This document shows positions 36,312 through 46,004 of a stretch of DNA of 64,000 bases, one piece after another. A program made the translations under genes and the position numbers. Source of the DNA: Chromatiales bacterium 21-64-14 (GTDB lineage: Bacteria; Pseudomonadota; Gammaproteobacteria; 21-64-14); assembly GCA_002255365.1 (NCBI GenBank), contig NCBI01000003.1, forward strand, positions 71,495-135,494, read 5' to 3'. Position 1 is the first letter of the stretch; each line of letters begins with the position of its first letter. The notes under the pieces were generated by a model. It worked only from the letters and a program-made list of their open reading frames with translations. It ran no database searches and had not been told where the DNA came from.

Positions 36312-39206
36312 ATGAGCAAGCCATCCCCTGCTCCAAAGACCGAAGACAAGAACACCACCTGTTATATGTGCGCCTGCCGCTGCGGTATCCGGGTGACGCT
36401 GCGCGACGGCGAGATCCGCTATATCCAGGGCAATCCCGATCACCCAATCAATCAGGGCGTGATCTGCGCGAAGGGCGCCTCCGGCATCATGAAGCAATAT
36501 TCGCCCGCGCGGCTGACCAAGCCCCTGCTGCGCAAACCCGGCGCGGCGCGCGGCGCGGGGGAATTCACCGAGATCTCCTGGGACCAGGCGTTCACACTCC
36601 TGGAAGAACGCCTGCGGCGCATTCGCGCCACCGACCCGAAGAAGTTCGCGCTGTTCACCGGCCGCGATCAGATGCAGGCCCTGACTGGTTTGTTCGCAAG
36701 GCAGTTCGGTACCCCCAACTATGCCGCCCACGGCGGTTTCTGTTCCGTCAATATGGCGGCCGGGATGATCTATACCATCGGCGGCTCGTTCTGGGAGTTC
36801 GGCGGGCCGGACCTGGAGCGCGCGCGGCTGTTCATCATGATCGGCACCGCCGAGGACCACCACTCCAACCCGCTCAAGATCGCGATCTCCAAATTCAAGC
36901 GCAACGGCGGGAAATTCATCTCCGTCAATCCGGTGCGCAGCGGCTATTCCGCCATCGCCGACGAGTGGGTCCCGATCCGCCCCGGCACCGACGCCGCCCT
37001 GCTGCTGGCCCTGATCCACGAGATCGTCCAGCAGGGGCTCTACGACCGGGACTTTCTCACCCGCTACACCAACGCCGCGGAACTGGTATCGCAAGACGAG
37101 GCCAGCGATGAGTACGGCCTGTTCGTGCGCACCGACAAACCGGTGGACGAGGGTTGCTTCGATCCCCAGAACAAGCTGTGGTGGGACCGGATACTCGACC
37201 GGCCGGTGGAACCTCATCAGGAGGACGCCGATCCGTTCCTGCTGGGCGCGTTCACGCTCCCCGACGGCAGCCCGGTCAAGCCGGCGTTCCAACTCCTGGT
37301 GGAGCGGGTAAAGGACTACACGCCGGAGTGGGCCGCGGGCATCACCGGGATCCCCGTGGAGACCATCCGGCGGCTGGCCCGCGAGATGGGCGTCACCGCG
37401 CGCGATCAGAAGATCGAACTGCCGATCGCCTGGACCGACACCTGGGGACGGGATCACGAGACGGTCACGGGAAACCCGGTGGCGTTCCATGCCATGCGCG
37501 GCTTGGCGGCGCACTCCAACGGTTTCCAAACCATCCGCGCCCTGTCGATCCTGATGACGGTGCTCGGCACCATCGACCGGCCCGGGGGCTTCCGGCACAA
37601 GGCCCCGTTCCCGCGCCCGATCCCCCCGTGCGCGAAGACTCCCCGTCACCCCGACGCGGTGCAACCCGACACACCGCTGGCCGGCATGCCGCTCGGCTGG
37701 CCCGCGAACCCCGATGATCTGTTCGTGGACGACGCGGGCAAGCCGGTGCGGATCGACAAGGCGTTCTCCTGGGAATACCCGCTGGCGGTGCACGGGCTCA
37801 TGCACAACGTCATCACCAACGCTTGGCGGGGTGATCCCTATTCCATCGACACTCTGCTGATCTTCATGTCCAACATGGCATGGAACTCCACCATGAACAC
37901 CGTGGAAGTCCGCCACATGCTCAACGACCGGGACACGGATGGGGAATTCAAGATCCCGTTCCTGGTGGTGTGCGACACATTCCAGTCGGAGATGGTCGCC
38001 TACGCCGACCTGGTGCTGCCGGACACCACCTATCTCGAACGCCACGACGTCATGTCGATGCTGGACCGGCCGATCTCCGAATTCGACGGCCCGGTGGACG
38101 CGGTGCGCATCCCGGTGGTCCCTCCCACCGGCGAATGCAAGCCGTTCCAGGAGGTATTGGTTGAACTGGCAGGCCGCCTGAAATTCCCGGCATTCGTCAA
38201 CCCGGACGGCTCGCGCAAGTTCCGGGACTACCCGGATTTCATTATTCATCATGAAACCGAGCCCGGATCCGGCATCGGTTTCCTGGCCGGTTGGCGCGGC
38301 AAGGGTGGCGAGAAATTCATGAAGGGCGAGCCCAACCCCAATCAGTGGGAGATGTACGCCAAGAACAACTGCGTGTTCCAGTACAAGTTGCCGCCTTCCT
38401 ATCAATACATGCGCAACTGGAACCAGGGCTATCTGGAATGGGCGCAGCGCCACCGTCTGACGCGCTATGCCGAACCCATCCTGATCCATCTCTATTCCGA
38501 GGTGTTGCAGAAATTCCGGCTCGCGGCCCAGGGCAAACGCCCCGGACGCCAACCGCCCGACCGGCTCCGTAAACGCATCGAGACCTACTTCGATCCGCTG
38601 CCGTTCTACTACGAACCGTTGGAGGCGCAAATCACGGATCGCACGCGCTACCCGCTCAACGCGGTCACCCAGCGGCCGATGGCCATGTACCACTCCTGGG
38701 ACTCCCAGAACGCTTGGCTGCGCCAGATCCATGCGCACAACCATCTGTTCCTCCACCCAAGCGTGGCGCGCGCCAACGGATGCGCGGACGGCGATTGGGT
38801 CTGGGTGGAATCCCAATGGGGCCGGGTACGCGCCCTGTGCCGCTACTCGGAGGCGGTGGAACCCGGAACGGTGTGGACCTGGAACGCGATCGGCAAGGCC
38901 CCCGGGGCCTGGGGACTGGACCCTGCGGCCAACGAGGTCCGCAAGGGCTTCCTGCTGAACCATCTGATCACCGAGGAACTGCCGACCCTGACGGACGGGG
39001 AACACCTGTCCAACTCGGACCCGGTCACCGGGCAGGCCGGCTGGTACGACGTAAGGGTGCGTATCTACCCGGCCGGGCCCGACGAGCCGCAGCTGACATC
39101 CCCGGAGTTCGCCACGGTGCCGCGAGCACCCGGCACCGCACCGCAGAGCCCAAAGCGCCTCGCCTACCGGGCGGGCGCCGGCCTCATGAAAAAACTGTTT
39201 AGATAA
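36312..39206 (+). CDS. Molybdopterin oxidoreductase catalytic subunit without a Tat signal (SoeA-like sulfite dehydrogenase / PsrA/TtrA-like)
   Basis: N-terminal 4Fe-4S motif CYMCACRCGI...C (C-x2-C-x3-C-xn-C). MopB domains across about 960 aa. No twin-arginine leader, implying cytoplasmic orientation as in SoeA. Confidence 0.8.
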   Translation: MSKPSPAPKTEDKNTTCYMCACRCGIRVTLRDGEIRYIQGNPDHPINQGVICAKGASGIMKQYSPARLTKPLLRKPGAARGAGEFTEISWDQAFTLLEERLRRIRATDPKKFALFTGRDQMQALTGLFARQFGTPNYAAHGGFCSVNMAAGMIYTIGGSFWEFGGPDLERARLFIMIGTAEDHHSNPLKIAISKFKRNGGKFISVNPVRSGYSAIADEWVPIRPGTDAALLLALIHEIVQQGLYDRDFLTRYTNAAELVSQDEASDEYGLFVRTDKPVDEGCFDPQNKLWWDRILDRPVEPHQEDADPFLLGAFTLPDGSPVKPAFQLLVERVKDYTPEWAAGITGIPVETIRRLAREMGVTARDQKIELPIAWTDTWGRDHETVTGNPVAFHAMRGLAAHSNGFQTIRALSILMTVLGTIDRPGGFRHKAPFPRPIPPCAKTPRHPDAVQPDTPLAGMPLGWPANPDDLFVDDAGKPVRIDKAFSWEYPLAVHGLMHNVITNAWRGDPYSIDTLLIFMSNMAWNSTMNTVEVRHMLNDRDTDGEFKIPFLVVCDTFQSEMVAYADLVLPDTTYLERHDVMSMLDRPISEFDGPVDAVRIPVVPPTGECKPFQEVLVELAGRLKFPAFVNPDGSRKFRDYPDFIIHHETEPGSGIGFLAGWRGKGGEKFMKGEPNPNQWEMYAKNNCVFQYKLPPSYQYMRNWNQGYLEWAQRHRLTRYAEPILIHLYSEVLQKFRLAAQGKRPGRQPPDRLRKRIETYFDPLPFYYEPLEAQITDRTRYPLNAVTQRPMAMYHSWDSQNAWLRQIHAHNHLFLHPSVARANGCADGDWVWVESQWGRVRALCRYSEAVEPGTVWTWNAIGKAPGAWGLDPAANEVRKGFLLNHLITEELPTLTDGEHLSNSDPVTGQAGWYDVRVRIYPAGPDEPQLTSPEFATVPRAPGTAPQSPKRLAYRAGAGLMKKLFR

Positions 39207-39222
39207 CGGACGCCAGACACCC

Positions 39223-39954
39223 ATGACCCAGCTCGCCCTCATCATTGACCTGAACGTCTGTGTCGGGTGCAGCGCATGCGTGACCAGCTGCAAGGAATGG
39301 AACACCTCCGGCAGCGCCGGCCCCCTGGTAGACCTCAATCCCTACGGGCCGGACCCCAGCGGCACGTTTTTCAACCGGGTACAGACCTTCGAGGTGGGCA
39401 CCTATCCCAATACCCAGACGGTCCACTTCCCCAAGTCCTGCTTGCACTGCGAGGATCCGCCCTGCGTGCCGGTGTGCCCCACTGGCGCCAGCTACAAGCG
39501 GCCCGAGGACGGCATCGTACTGGTGGATTACGACAAGTGCATCGGCTGCAAATATTGCTCATGGGCTTGCCCCTACGGCGTACGCGAGGTGGACGCGCAG
39601 CGTCGCGTGATGACAAAATGTACACTGTGCGTCGACCGGATCTACGACGAATCGCTTCCGGAGCGGGAGCGCAAGCCGGCGTGCGTGCTGGCCTGCCCCA
39701 CCAACGCGCGTCTGTTCGGAGACGTGCACGACCCGGAGTCCGAGGTCTCGCTGATGATCCGCGAACAGGGCGGCTATCAACTTATGCCAGAATGGGGCAC
39801 GCGGCCCGCGAACCACTACCTACCACTGCGCAAGACCTCGATCCGCATCCATGACGACCAGTTGGTGCGCGCAGACAACCCACTGAAAAAGGAATCACGG
39901 CTGCCAAAACCGGGTCTCGAAGAGCCGTCTCTGGACGATGTGACGAGCTGGTAG
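39223..39954 (+). CDS. 4Fe-4S ferredoxin-type electron-transfer subunit (SoeB/DmsB/PsrB-like)
   Basis: Four Cys clusters (CVGCSACVTSC, CLHCEDPPCVPVC, CIGCKYCSWAC, CTLCVDR...C). 243 aa. Confidence 0.85.
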   Translation: MTQLALIIDLNVCVGCSACVTSCKEWNTSGSAGPLVDLNPYGPDPSGTFFNRVQTFEVGTYPNTQTVHFPKSCLHCEDPPCVPVCPTGASYKRPEDGIVLVDYDKCIGCKYCSWACPYGVREVDAQRRVMTKCTLCVDRIYDESLPERERKPACVLACPTNARLFGDVHDPESEVSLMIREQGGYQLMPEWGTRPANHYLPLRKTSIRIHDDQLVRADNPLKKESRLPKPGLEEPSLDDVTSW

Positions 39955-40093
39955 ACCGTGCCTGAACGTGGATCGATGTCCGTCGGCCCTATTATGCGCC
40001 GCCGCGAACACCGGGACGGGACATTTCCAACATCATCTGTCGTGTAAAACCACACCCGAGCGACCACCAGTACTGACTCAGGAACCGCCACCC

Positions 40094-41071
40094 ATGCGTC
40101 CCGCCTTTTCCGTAATCTATCTGACCACTCTGATCGGCGCCGGGCAGGGCCTGTTTCTCGCCCTCTACACCAGTGAACTCTACTCGGTCCTCGCGGTGCT
40201 TCCGGCCCAGAGCGGGCGCGCGTTCTACGCCCTGGGCAGCGCGCTGGCGCTGTTGCTATTGGTGGCGGGTCTGATCGCGTCGTTCTTCCACCTGGGGCGC
40301 CCGGAGCGGGCTTGGCGTTCCGCTGCGCGCTGGCGCACCTCCTGGTTGTCCCGGGAAGTCATCGCGCTACCCGTGTTCATGGCCGCGGTGTTTACCTACG
40401 GTGCCCTGCACTTCATGGGTTGGAACCCGGTGCTGCTCACGGTGGGTCCCGGCATCGCGTTGCGCGTTACGCTGGTGGCGGGAACGGTCGGGGTGGTCCT
40501 GTGCCTCACACTTTTTGTTTGCACCGGAATGATCTATGCGTGCCTGCGTTTCCTGCAGGAATGGGCCACTCCGCTCACGGTGGTGAACTTCACCCTGCTG
40601 GGGTGCGCCTCCGGATTTACCCTGGCCACGGCCTATGCGGCCTACGCCGGTCATGGCCTAGTCCACTTCTTCGGGGGATGGGCGTTGATCCTGACCGCAT
40701 TGAGTTTCGCGGGCCGGTCCGCGGCCCTGATCCGCAACGCGCGCCTGCGTCACAAGTCCAGCCTGCAGACCGCCATCGGCGTACGGCATACCCACATCCG
40801 CCAGATCTCCCAGGGGGCCATGGGCGGCTCCTTCAATACCCGCGAATTCTTCCATGGGCGTTCCGCGGCCCTGCTGCGCACCATAAAGTGGGGCTCTACG
40901 ATCCTCGTGTTCGCGGTCCCCGCCGCGTTGCTGGCCACCGCCATGAGCGGCCAGCGGCCAGCGCTCCTCGTCGCGGCCTTTGTTCTCCAATACCTGGGTT
41001 TACTCGGGGAACGTTGGCTCTTCTTCGCGCAGGCGGAACACCCCCAGAATCTTTATTACCAGGCGGCGTAG
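40094..41071 (+). CDS. Membrane anchor subunit of the molybdoenzyme complex (DmsC/NrfD/SoeC-like)
   Basis: About 325 aa with 8 TM helices, directly following the FeS subunit. Start taken at MRPAFSVIYLTT. Confidence 0.7.
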   Translation: MRPAFSVIYLTTLIGAGQGLFLALYTSELYSVLAVLPAQSGRAFYALGSALALLLLVAGLIASFFHLGRPERAWRSAARWRTSWLSREVIALPVFMAAVFTYGALHFMGWNPVLLTVGPGIALRVTLVAGTVGVVLCLTLFVCTGMIYACLRFLQEWATPLTVVNFTLLGCASGFTLATAYAAYAGHGLVHFFGGWALILTALSFAGRSAALIRNARLRHKSSLQTAIGVRHTHIRQISQGAMGGSFNTREFFHGRSAALLRTIKWGSTILVFAVPAALLATAMSGQRPALLVAAFVLQYLGLLGERWLFFAQAEHPQNLYYQAA

Positions 41072-41125
41072 GAAACTGTCCAAGTAATCCGCGCGCAGCG
41101 AAGCGCGGGGGAATCGGGGCAGATT

Positions 41126-41178
41126 TCTGATCTCTCGAGGAACGTCATGGACGCTATACGACGAAAGAGATCAGAACT
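41126..41178. other. Long hairpin (10-bp arms tctgatctct / agagatcaga, 33-nt loop) 55 nt after the stop of the membrane-anchor gene
   Basis: Perfect inverted repeat read from the sequence. Not followed by a T-tract. A TTGACA-like -35 lies about 35 nt downstream. Confidence 0.3.
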
Positions 41179-41358
41179 ACGGACCGATTTGACACCGCCG
41201 CGCAACATCATGATAACTTGGACCGTCGGTCGGTCCCTTACCCCGCCAGTAGCCAGAGCCACCGGGCGGTCTCTGACCGGCGCGCGCGGGGTGTAGTACA
41301 CTAATCGAACGGGTAACGGCACGACACAGGGACCCCGGAACCGGCAAGGAGCATCGGC

Positions 41359-42063
41359 ATGCCAACCGTGTTCATCACCGGCGCAAACCGCGGCCTCGGA
41401 CTGGAATTCGCCCGGCAGTTCGCCGTCGACGGCTGGCGCGTGCTCGCCACGTGCCGCGCACCGGAACGCGCGGCCGACCTCGCGCGGCTGGCCGCGCGAC
41501 AATCTGAAATCACGGTCCACGGGCTGGACGTCGCGGACCACCGGGCCATCGACGCCCTCGCCCACCGGTTGAGCGACGTGTCCGTCGACCTGCTACTCAG
41601 CAACGCCGGGATTTCCGGCGATTCCGGCGACTCCGGCGACCGCGGATTGGGACACCTGGACTACGGGGAGTGGACCCGTACGTTTCAAATCAACACCATG
41701 GCCGCTGCGCGGCTCGCGGAGTCCTTCGGGGATCACCTGGCACGCAGCGAGCGCCGCCTCATGGTCGCGCTCACCAGCCTGATGGGTTCTATGGGCGACA
41801 ATAGCAGCGGCGGCAGCTATTTGTACCGTTCCAGCAAGGCGGCGCTGAACGCGGTGATGAAGAGCCTGTCCATCGATCTGCGGCCGCGGGGAATCGGGGT
41901 ACTGATCTTGCACCCGGGCTGGGTCAGAACCGATATGGGCGGGCCCGACGGACTGATCACGCCGCAGCAGAGTGTGGCCGGCATGCGCGCCATAATCGAT
42001 CGCTATACCCCCGCGGACTCCGGCCGGTTCCTCAACTACGACGGGTCCGCGCTCCCGTGGTAA
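41359..42063 (+). CDS. SDR-family oxidoreductase (C-factor/CsgA-like)
   Basis: TGANRGLG cofactor motif, YRSSK catalytic motif. 234 aa. Confidence 0.85.
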   Translation: MPTVFITGANRGLGLEFARQFAVDGWRVLATCRAPERAADLARLAARQSEITVHGLDVADHRAIDALAHRLSDVSVDLLLSNAGISGDSGDSGDRGLGHLDYGEWTRTFQINTMAAARLAESFGDHLARSERRLMVALTSLMGSMGDNSSGGSYLYRSSKAALNAVMKSLSIDLRPRGIGVLILHPGWVRTDMGGPDGLITPQQSVAGMRAIIDRYTPADSGRFLNYDGSALPW

Positions 42064-42216
42064 TACCGATCCTCACCTGCCGCCGGAGACGTCGCAGGCG
42101 GCCTTTACCCCGGTTCGGGACGCCGTACGCAACCATTTGGGCATCCGCACCAGCGCGAGGATGTCACGTTGGGACCGTCCCGCAGCGTTCCCAACCACCA
42201 TTCAAGGAGTGGAACC

Positions 42217-43233
42217 ATGGCGATCATGAAAGCAGCGCAGATCTCGGGACCGGGCGCGGATTTCGAACTGGTGGAGCGGCCGGTACCGGAACCCGGCCCG
42301 GGGCAGGTACGGGTCAAGGTCGAGGCCTGCGGTATCTGCCATAGTGATATGTTTGTGAAGGACGGTCTGTTCCCGGGCATTGAATACCCGCGGATTCCGG
42401 GCCATGAGGTGGCTGGCACCATCGACGCGCTGGGCTCGGGCGTGCGGGGATGGACGACCGGACTCAGGGTCGGCGTGGGCTGGCACGGTGGTCACTGCTT
42501 CCATTGCGCCGCCTGCCGGGCGGGCGACTTCATCAACTGCGCCGACGCGCAAGTCACCGGAATCCATTTCGACGGTGGTTATGCCCAGTACCTGTGTGCG
42601 CCTGCCGAGGCCGTGGCCGCGATCCCGGACGAACTCAAGGCGGTGGACGCCGCGCCCCTGCTGTGTGCCGGCATCACCGTCTACAACGCCCTGCGCAGCA
42701 GCGGCGCGCGACCCGGGGATGTCGTGGCAATCCAGGGACTCGGCGGCCTCGGACACCTCGCGGTGCAATACGCGCAACGCATGGGCTTCCGTACCGTAGC
42801 TATATCACATGGCGACGCCAAACGCGCCCTCGCGCAACAACTCGGGGCCCATCACTATATCGACACCCGTGCCGAGGATCCCGCGCAAAGCTTGCTGGCG
42901 CTGGGCGGAGCGCGGGTGATCCTCGCCACGGCACCATCGAGTCCCGCGATCGGTACCGTGCTCGACGGACTGGCGCCCAACGGGTCCGTCATGGTCGTTG
43001 GTGCGGACGCCCAACCGATACCAGTCACGCCACTACAACTGATCCGGGGACGTCACCGCCTGCAGGGCTGGGCCTCCGGCTCGGCGCAGGATTCGGAAGA
43101 CACCATGCGCTTCAGCACGCTGACCAAAGTAAGTCCGATGGTCGAGACGTATCCTTTGGCGCAGGTGAGCAAGGCCTACGAACGGATGATCACCAACCAA
43201 GCCCGCTTCCGGGTGGTCTTGACTATGGTTTGA
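42217..43233 (+). CDS. Zinc-dependent alcohol dehydrogenase (MDR family)
   Basis: GGAG RBS. GHEVAG zinc motif, C-x2-C-x2-C-x7-C structural zinc site, GLGGLGHLAVQ NAD motif. Confidence 0.85.
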   Translation: MAIMKAAQISGPGADFELVERPVPEPGPGQVRVKVEACGICHSDMFVKDGLFPGIEYPRIPGHEVAGTIDALGSGVRGWTTGLRVGVGWHGGHCFHCAACRAGDFINCADAQVTGIHFDGGYAQYLCAPAEAVAAIPDELKAVDAAPLLCAGITVYNALRSSGARPGDVVAIQGLGGLGHLAVQYAQRMGFRTVAISHGDAKRALAQQLGAHHYIDTRAEDPAQSLLALGGARVILATAPSSPAIGTVLDGLAPNGSVMVVGADAQPIPVTPLQLIRGRHRLQGWASGSAQDSEDTMRFSTLTKVSPMVETYPLAQVSKAYERMITNQARFRVVLTMV

Positions 43234-43258
43234 ACCATCAGCAGAAGGAACACCTACG

Positions 43259-43990
43259 GTGAACAATACGGTAGAGGCCGTAAGGCTGGACATCGGTGGC
43301 GGACTGCAGGGCGTCTACGCCCGTCCGGGATCCGCAGGACCACACCCCGCCCTGCTGATTTTCACGGAGGCATACGGACTCAACACCCACTTCGAGCAGC
43401 TCGTGCGACGCCTTGCCGCGGCCGGTTACTGCACGCTGGTGCCCGATCTCTACCGGGGCGACGTGTACGACTACAGCGACGTCGACAGCGCCCGTGCCCG
43501 GTTGCGCCTGCTCCGTGACGCTGCGGCCATGGAGGACACGGGCCGGGCCTTGGACTTCCTGGCGGCACGCAAGGAGGTGGACCAGGCGCGCATCGCAGTG
43601 CTCGGGTTCTGCATGGGCGGGCGGCTGGCGTTCCTCGCCCACGGCACCTATCCCACCCGGCTGCGGGCCGCGGCCTGCTTCTACGGCGGCGGCATCGCCC
43701 CGGAGCGGGATCCCCTGGATCGCCCCGCGCTGCTGGATCAAGCGCCACGGATGCAGGGCCCGCTGCTGCTGATCTATGGTGCCGAGGACGGATCGATCGC
43801 TCCAGAGGAGCACGGACGGGTCGCCACCGCCCTCAGTGCAGCGGGCAGACGCTATACCCTGGCGGTGTTCCCCGAGGCGGGGCACGGCTTTTTCTGCGAT
43901 GCGCGGCCCAGTTACCGTCCGGCTCCGGCCGCCGAGGCGTGGACGCTTCTGCTCGAGTTCCTGTCCCACGCCCTCAACACCAGCCAGTGA
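43259..43990 (+). CDS. Dienelactone hydrolase family protein
   Basis: GFCMGG nucleophile elbow. Alpha/beta-hydrolase layout; 243 aa. Confidence 0.8.
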   Translation: MNNTVEAVRLDIGGGLQGVYARPGSAGPHPALLIFTEAYGLNTHFEQLVRRLAAAGYCTLVPDLYRGDVYDYSDVDSARARLRLLRDAAAMEDTGRALDFLAARKEVDQARIAVLGFCMGGRLAFLAHGTYPTRLRAAACFYGGGIAPERDPLDRPALLDQAPRMQGPLLLIYGAEDGSIAPEEHGRVATALSAAGRRYTLAVFPEAGHGFFCDARPSYRPAPAAEAWTLLLEFLSHALNTSQ

Positions 43991-43999
43991 GGATTCCCT

Positions 44000-44347
44000 A
44001 TGGCCAAGCTCGCAATCGTGCTCCTGTCGGACATGAAGGACCCGGTCAAGGTGGAGATGGCCTTGCGCTTCGCCCTGGTGGCACACACCAAGGAACGCCT
44101 GGAGGACATCCAGTTCTTCTTCTTCGGTCCCGGAGTACAAGTGCCCGCCCAACTCCGCGGCCATGACCAACTGGGGCCGGTGTTGCGCGAACTGCTGGAC
44201 TCCGGGCTCACAACGCTGGCTTGCATCTACAACGCGCGCCAGCTTGGGCAGATGGACGCACTGCGGGACGCGGAGATCCAGACCCAGGCCATCGGCGATG
44301 ACCTAGTACAGGTCATCGATCAGGGCTATCAGATCATGACCTTCTGA
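44000..44347 (+). CDS. DsrE/DsrF-like family small protein (putative)
   Basis: 115 aa. KLAIVLLSDMKD...IQFFFFGPGV has a beta-alpha-beta pattern resembling the DsrE/YchN fold. This is a weak, pattern-level call. Confidence 0.45.
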   Translation: MAKLAIVLLSDMKDPVKVEMALRFALVAHTKERLEDIQFFFFGPGVQVPAQLRGHDQLGPVLRELLDSGLTTLACIYNARQLGQMDALRDAEIQTQAIGDDLVQVIDQGYQIMTF

Positions 44348-44382
44348 ACGGATCACGAGTGACGGCCAACAACTCCGCACGA

Positions 44383-44730
44383 TCAGCGAGCCCCGTAGTA
44401 ACCCACCGCCAACACCGCGATAGAGATCACCGCAACGGCTCCATGCAATAGGATGAATGGCCCCGGCAGGTTGCGGCGGCGCAGGTGAAAACTGAACAGC
44501 AGCAGACCACCGGCCGCGGTCAGGCCGAACAACAGTAAGACGTCGTTCAGCAGCATGGTATCCGCGGCACCGGATACCACCATGCCCAGAAGGACGAGTC
44601 CTGCGATCGCCACCGCCCCGTGGACCAGGGCGAGGCCGGTAGAGGGAAGCCGGTCGCGCAGGGCTTGGCCCGCCAGCACGCCCCCCAATAGCGCAGCGAC
44701 GACGAACAAAAGCAGGGCTCCGGTGACCAT
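44383..44730 (-). CDS. Hypothetical 4-TM membrane protein
   Basis: Four hydrophobic helices, coding-like composition. Start taken at MVTGALLLF. Confidence 0.45.
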   Translation of the reverse strand: MVTGALLLFVVAALLGGVLAGQALRDRLPSTGLALVHGAVAIAGLVLLGMVVSGAADTMLLNDVLLLFGLTAAGGLLLFSFHLRRRNLPGPFILLHGAVAVISIAVLAVGYYGAR

Positions 44731-45012
44731 TCTCCACTCCTTGCCGTACACACCAAGCCCCGCGGCCATGAAAGATGGACCCGGGGCCGATCCGCTCCGG
44801 CGTCCGCCGGAGTCCCGGTAACAGACCCGCCAGGGCCCTAAAGGTTCGCTCCACGGCCGGCCTGCTGTGGCAGCGTCTGCTCAGGACCGTGTACAATAAC
44901 CGCCTATTGCCAACTCACCGCGTCCCAGACGGGCCATCGCAAAGCTCAGGGTCGCACGGCCATCGTTGCCGCGTCCACGCCCGGCCCCTCACTCTGACAC
45001 AAGGAAAGCCCC

Positions 45013-45855
45013 ATGTCCGGCTCACGCACTCTGGTCCTCCTGCCCGCCATCTGCCTCGCGCTGACGGCCTTGCTGTGGGGACAATCGGCCCCGGCGGCCT
45101 CGACCTTGAAACAGGCCCAGGAACGAGTGGGCCAGATCAGCCATGGCCATGCCACAGTACACCAGGTATTCAAGGGACCCGCGGGACTCACCGGCGTGGT
45201 ATTGGAAATACAGGGGCGCAAGACCGTGGCTTGGCTGACGGCGGATGGCCAGCACCTGCTGCTGGGCAACCTGTTTGGACCGAACGGCACCAACGAGACC
45301 CGCGCCGCAATGGAACAAGTGGGCCTGATTCCCAAACCTCTGCCGGTGCCGGAACTGACGGAACGTAGCGCACGGGCGGATGGGTTCACCGTGGGCAAGA
45401 AAGGCCCACTGCTCACCGCCTATATCGACCCGAACTGCATCTACTGCCACAAGTTCTATGAACAGATCATGCCCCTGGTGAAGAAAGGTCGCATCCGGGT
45501 GCGGTTCATCCCGGTGGCATTTCTGAAACCCAGCAGCCCCGGCAAGGCCGCCGCGCTCCTGCACGCCAAGGATCCGGCAGCGGCCCTGGCCACGAATGAG
45601 GATAGTTTCGATACCACCCACGAAGAGGGGGGGCTCAGCCCCTTGGCCCATCCACCCGCGGCGCTGCTGGCAAGGATCAAATCCAACACGGAACTGTTGG
45701 GCAAAAGCGGTCAGCTCGCTACCCCGACACTGATCTACTGCAACCGGAAGGGTACGCCGGTGCTGCTCCAGGGGCTTCCGGACGGGGCCATCGAAACGAT
45801 GATGAAGTCCATCGTGGACGTCAGGAACGGGCGCTGCGCCGCGGCGGCGGGCTGA
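45013..45855 (+). CDS. dsbG: Thiol:disulfide interchange protein DsbG/DsbC family
   Basis: Signal peptide, N-terminal dimerisation domain, and a thioredoxin domain with a CIYC active site. Confidence 0.8.
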   Translation: MSGSRTLVLLPAICLALTALLWGQSAPAASTLKQAQERVGQISHGHATVHQVFKGPAGLTGVVLEIQGRKTVAWLTADGQHLLLGNLFGPNGTNETRAAMEQVGLIPKPLPVPELTERSARADGFTVGKKGPLLTAYIDPNCIYCHKFYEQIMPLVKKGRIRVRFIPVAFLKPSSPGKAAALLHAKDPAAALATNEDSFDTTHEEGGLSPLAHPPAALLARIKSNTELLGKSGQLATPTLIYCNRKGTPVLLQGLPDGAIETMMKSIVDVRNGRCAAAAG

Positions 45856-45943
45856 GCCCTCCCGGTCCCCCTCTCGACCGGTTAACCCACCGCGTTGGGG
45901 TCGGCGCTGCCCCGCGGGCGCTACCAACCGCACTGGGACGTCC

Positions 45944-45972
45944 TTGACAGCGAATTAAACGAGTGATTAATT
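45944..45972 (+). promoter_or_regulatory. Putative sigma70 promoter (TTGACA-N16-ATTAAT) overlapped by a palindrome AATTAA-N8-TTAATT, upstream of the TetR gene
   Basis: Read directly. The palindrome has 6-bp arms. The site lies 33 nt upstream of the TetR start codon. Confidence 0.35.
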
Positions 45973-46004
45973 AGGGCGCGGGAACCGGCCGGAAGCCAGC
46001 GTCC

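Noticed and set aside
36207-39338. 1043-aa ORF on the minus strand
   Set aside because: Antisense to the molybdopterin oxidoreductase gene. Low-complexity R/G/P/A composition. The plus-strand gene has clear FeS and MopB motifs.
41056-41565. 169-aa minus-strand ORF in the intergenic region downstream of the membrane-anchor gene (soeC-like) and the first ~200 bp of the SDR gene
   Set aside because: Low-complexity composition. It overlaps the start of the well-supported SDR gene. The region is better explained as a promoter and hairpin region.
41621-41650. Tandem 9-bp repeat (ggcgattcc / ggcgactcc / ggcgaccgc)
   Set aside because: It lies inside the SDR gene and simply encodes an SGDSGDSGD linker. 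It is not a CRISPR-like or VNTR array of note.
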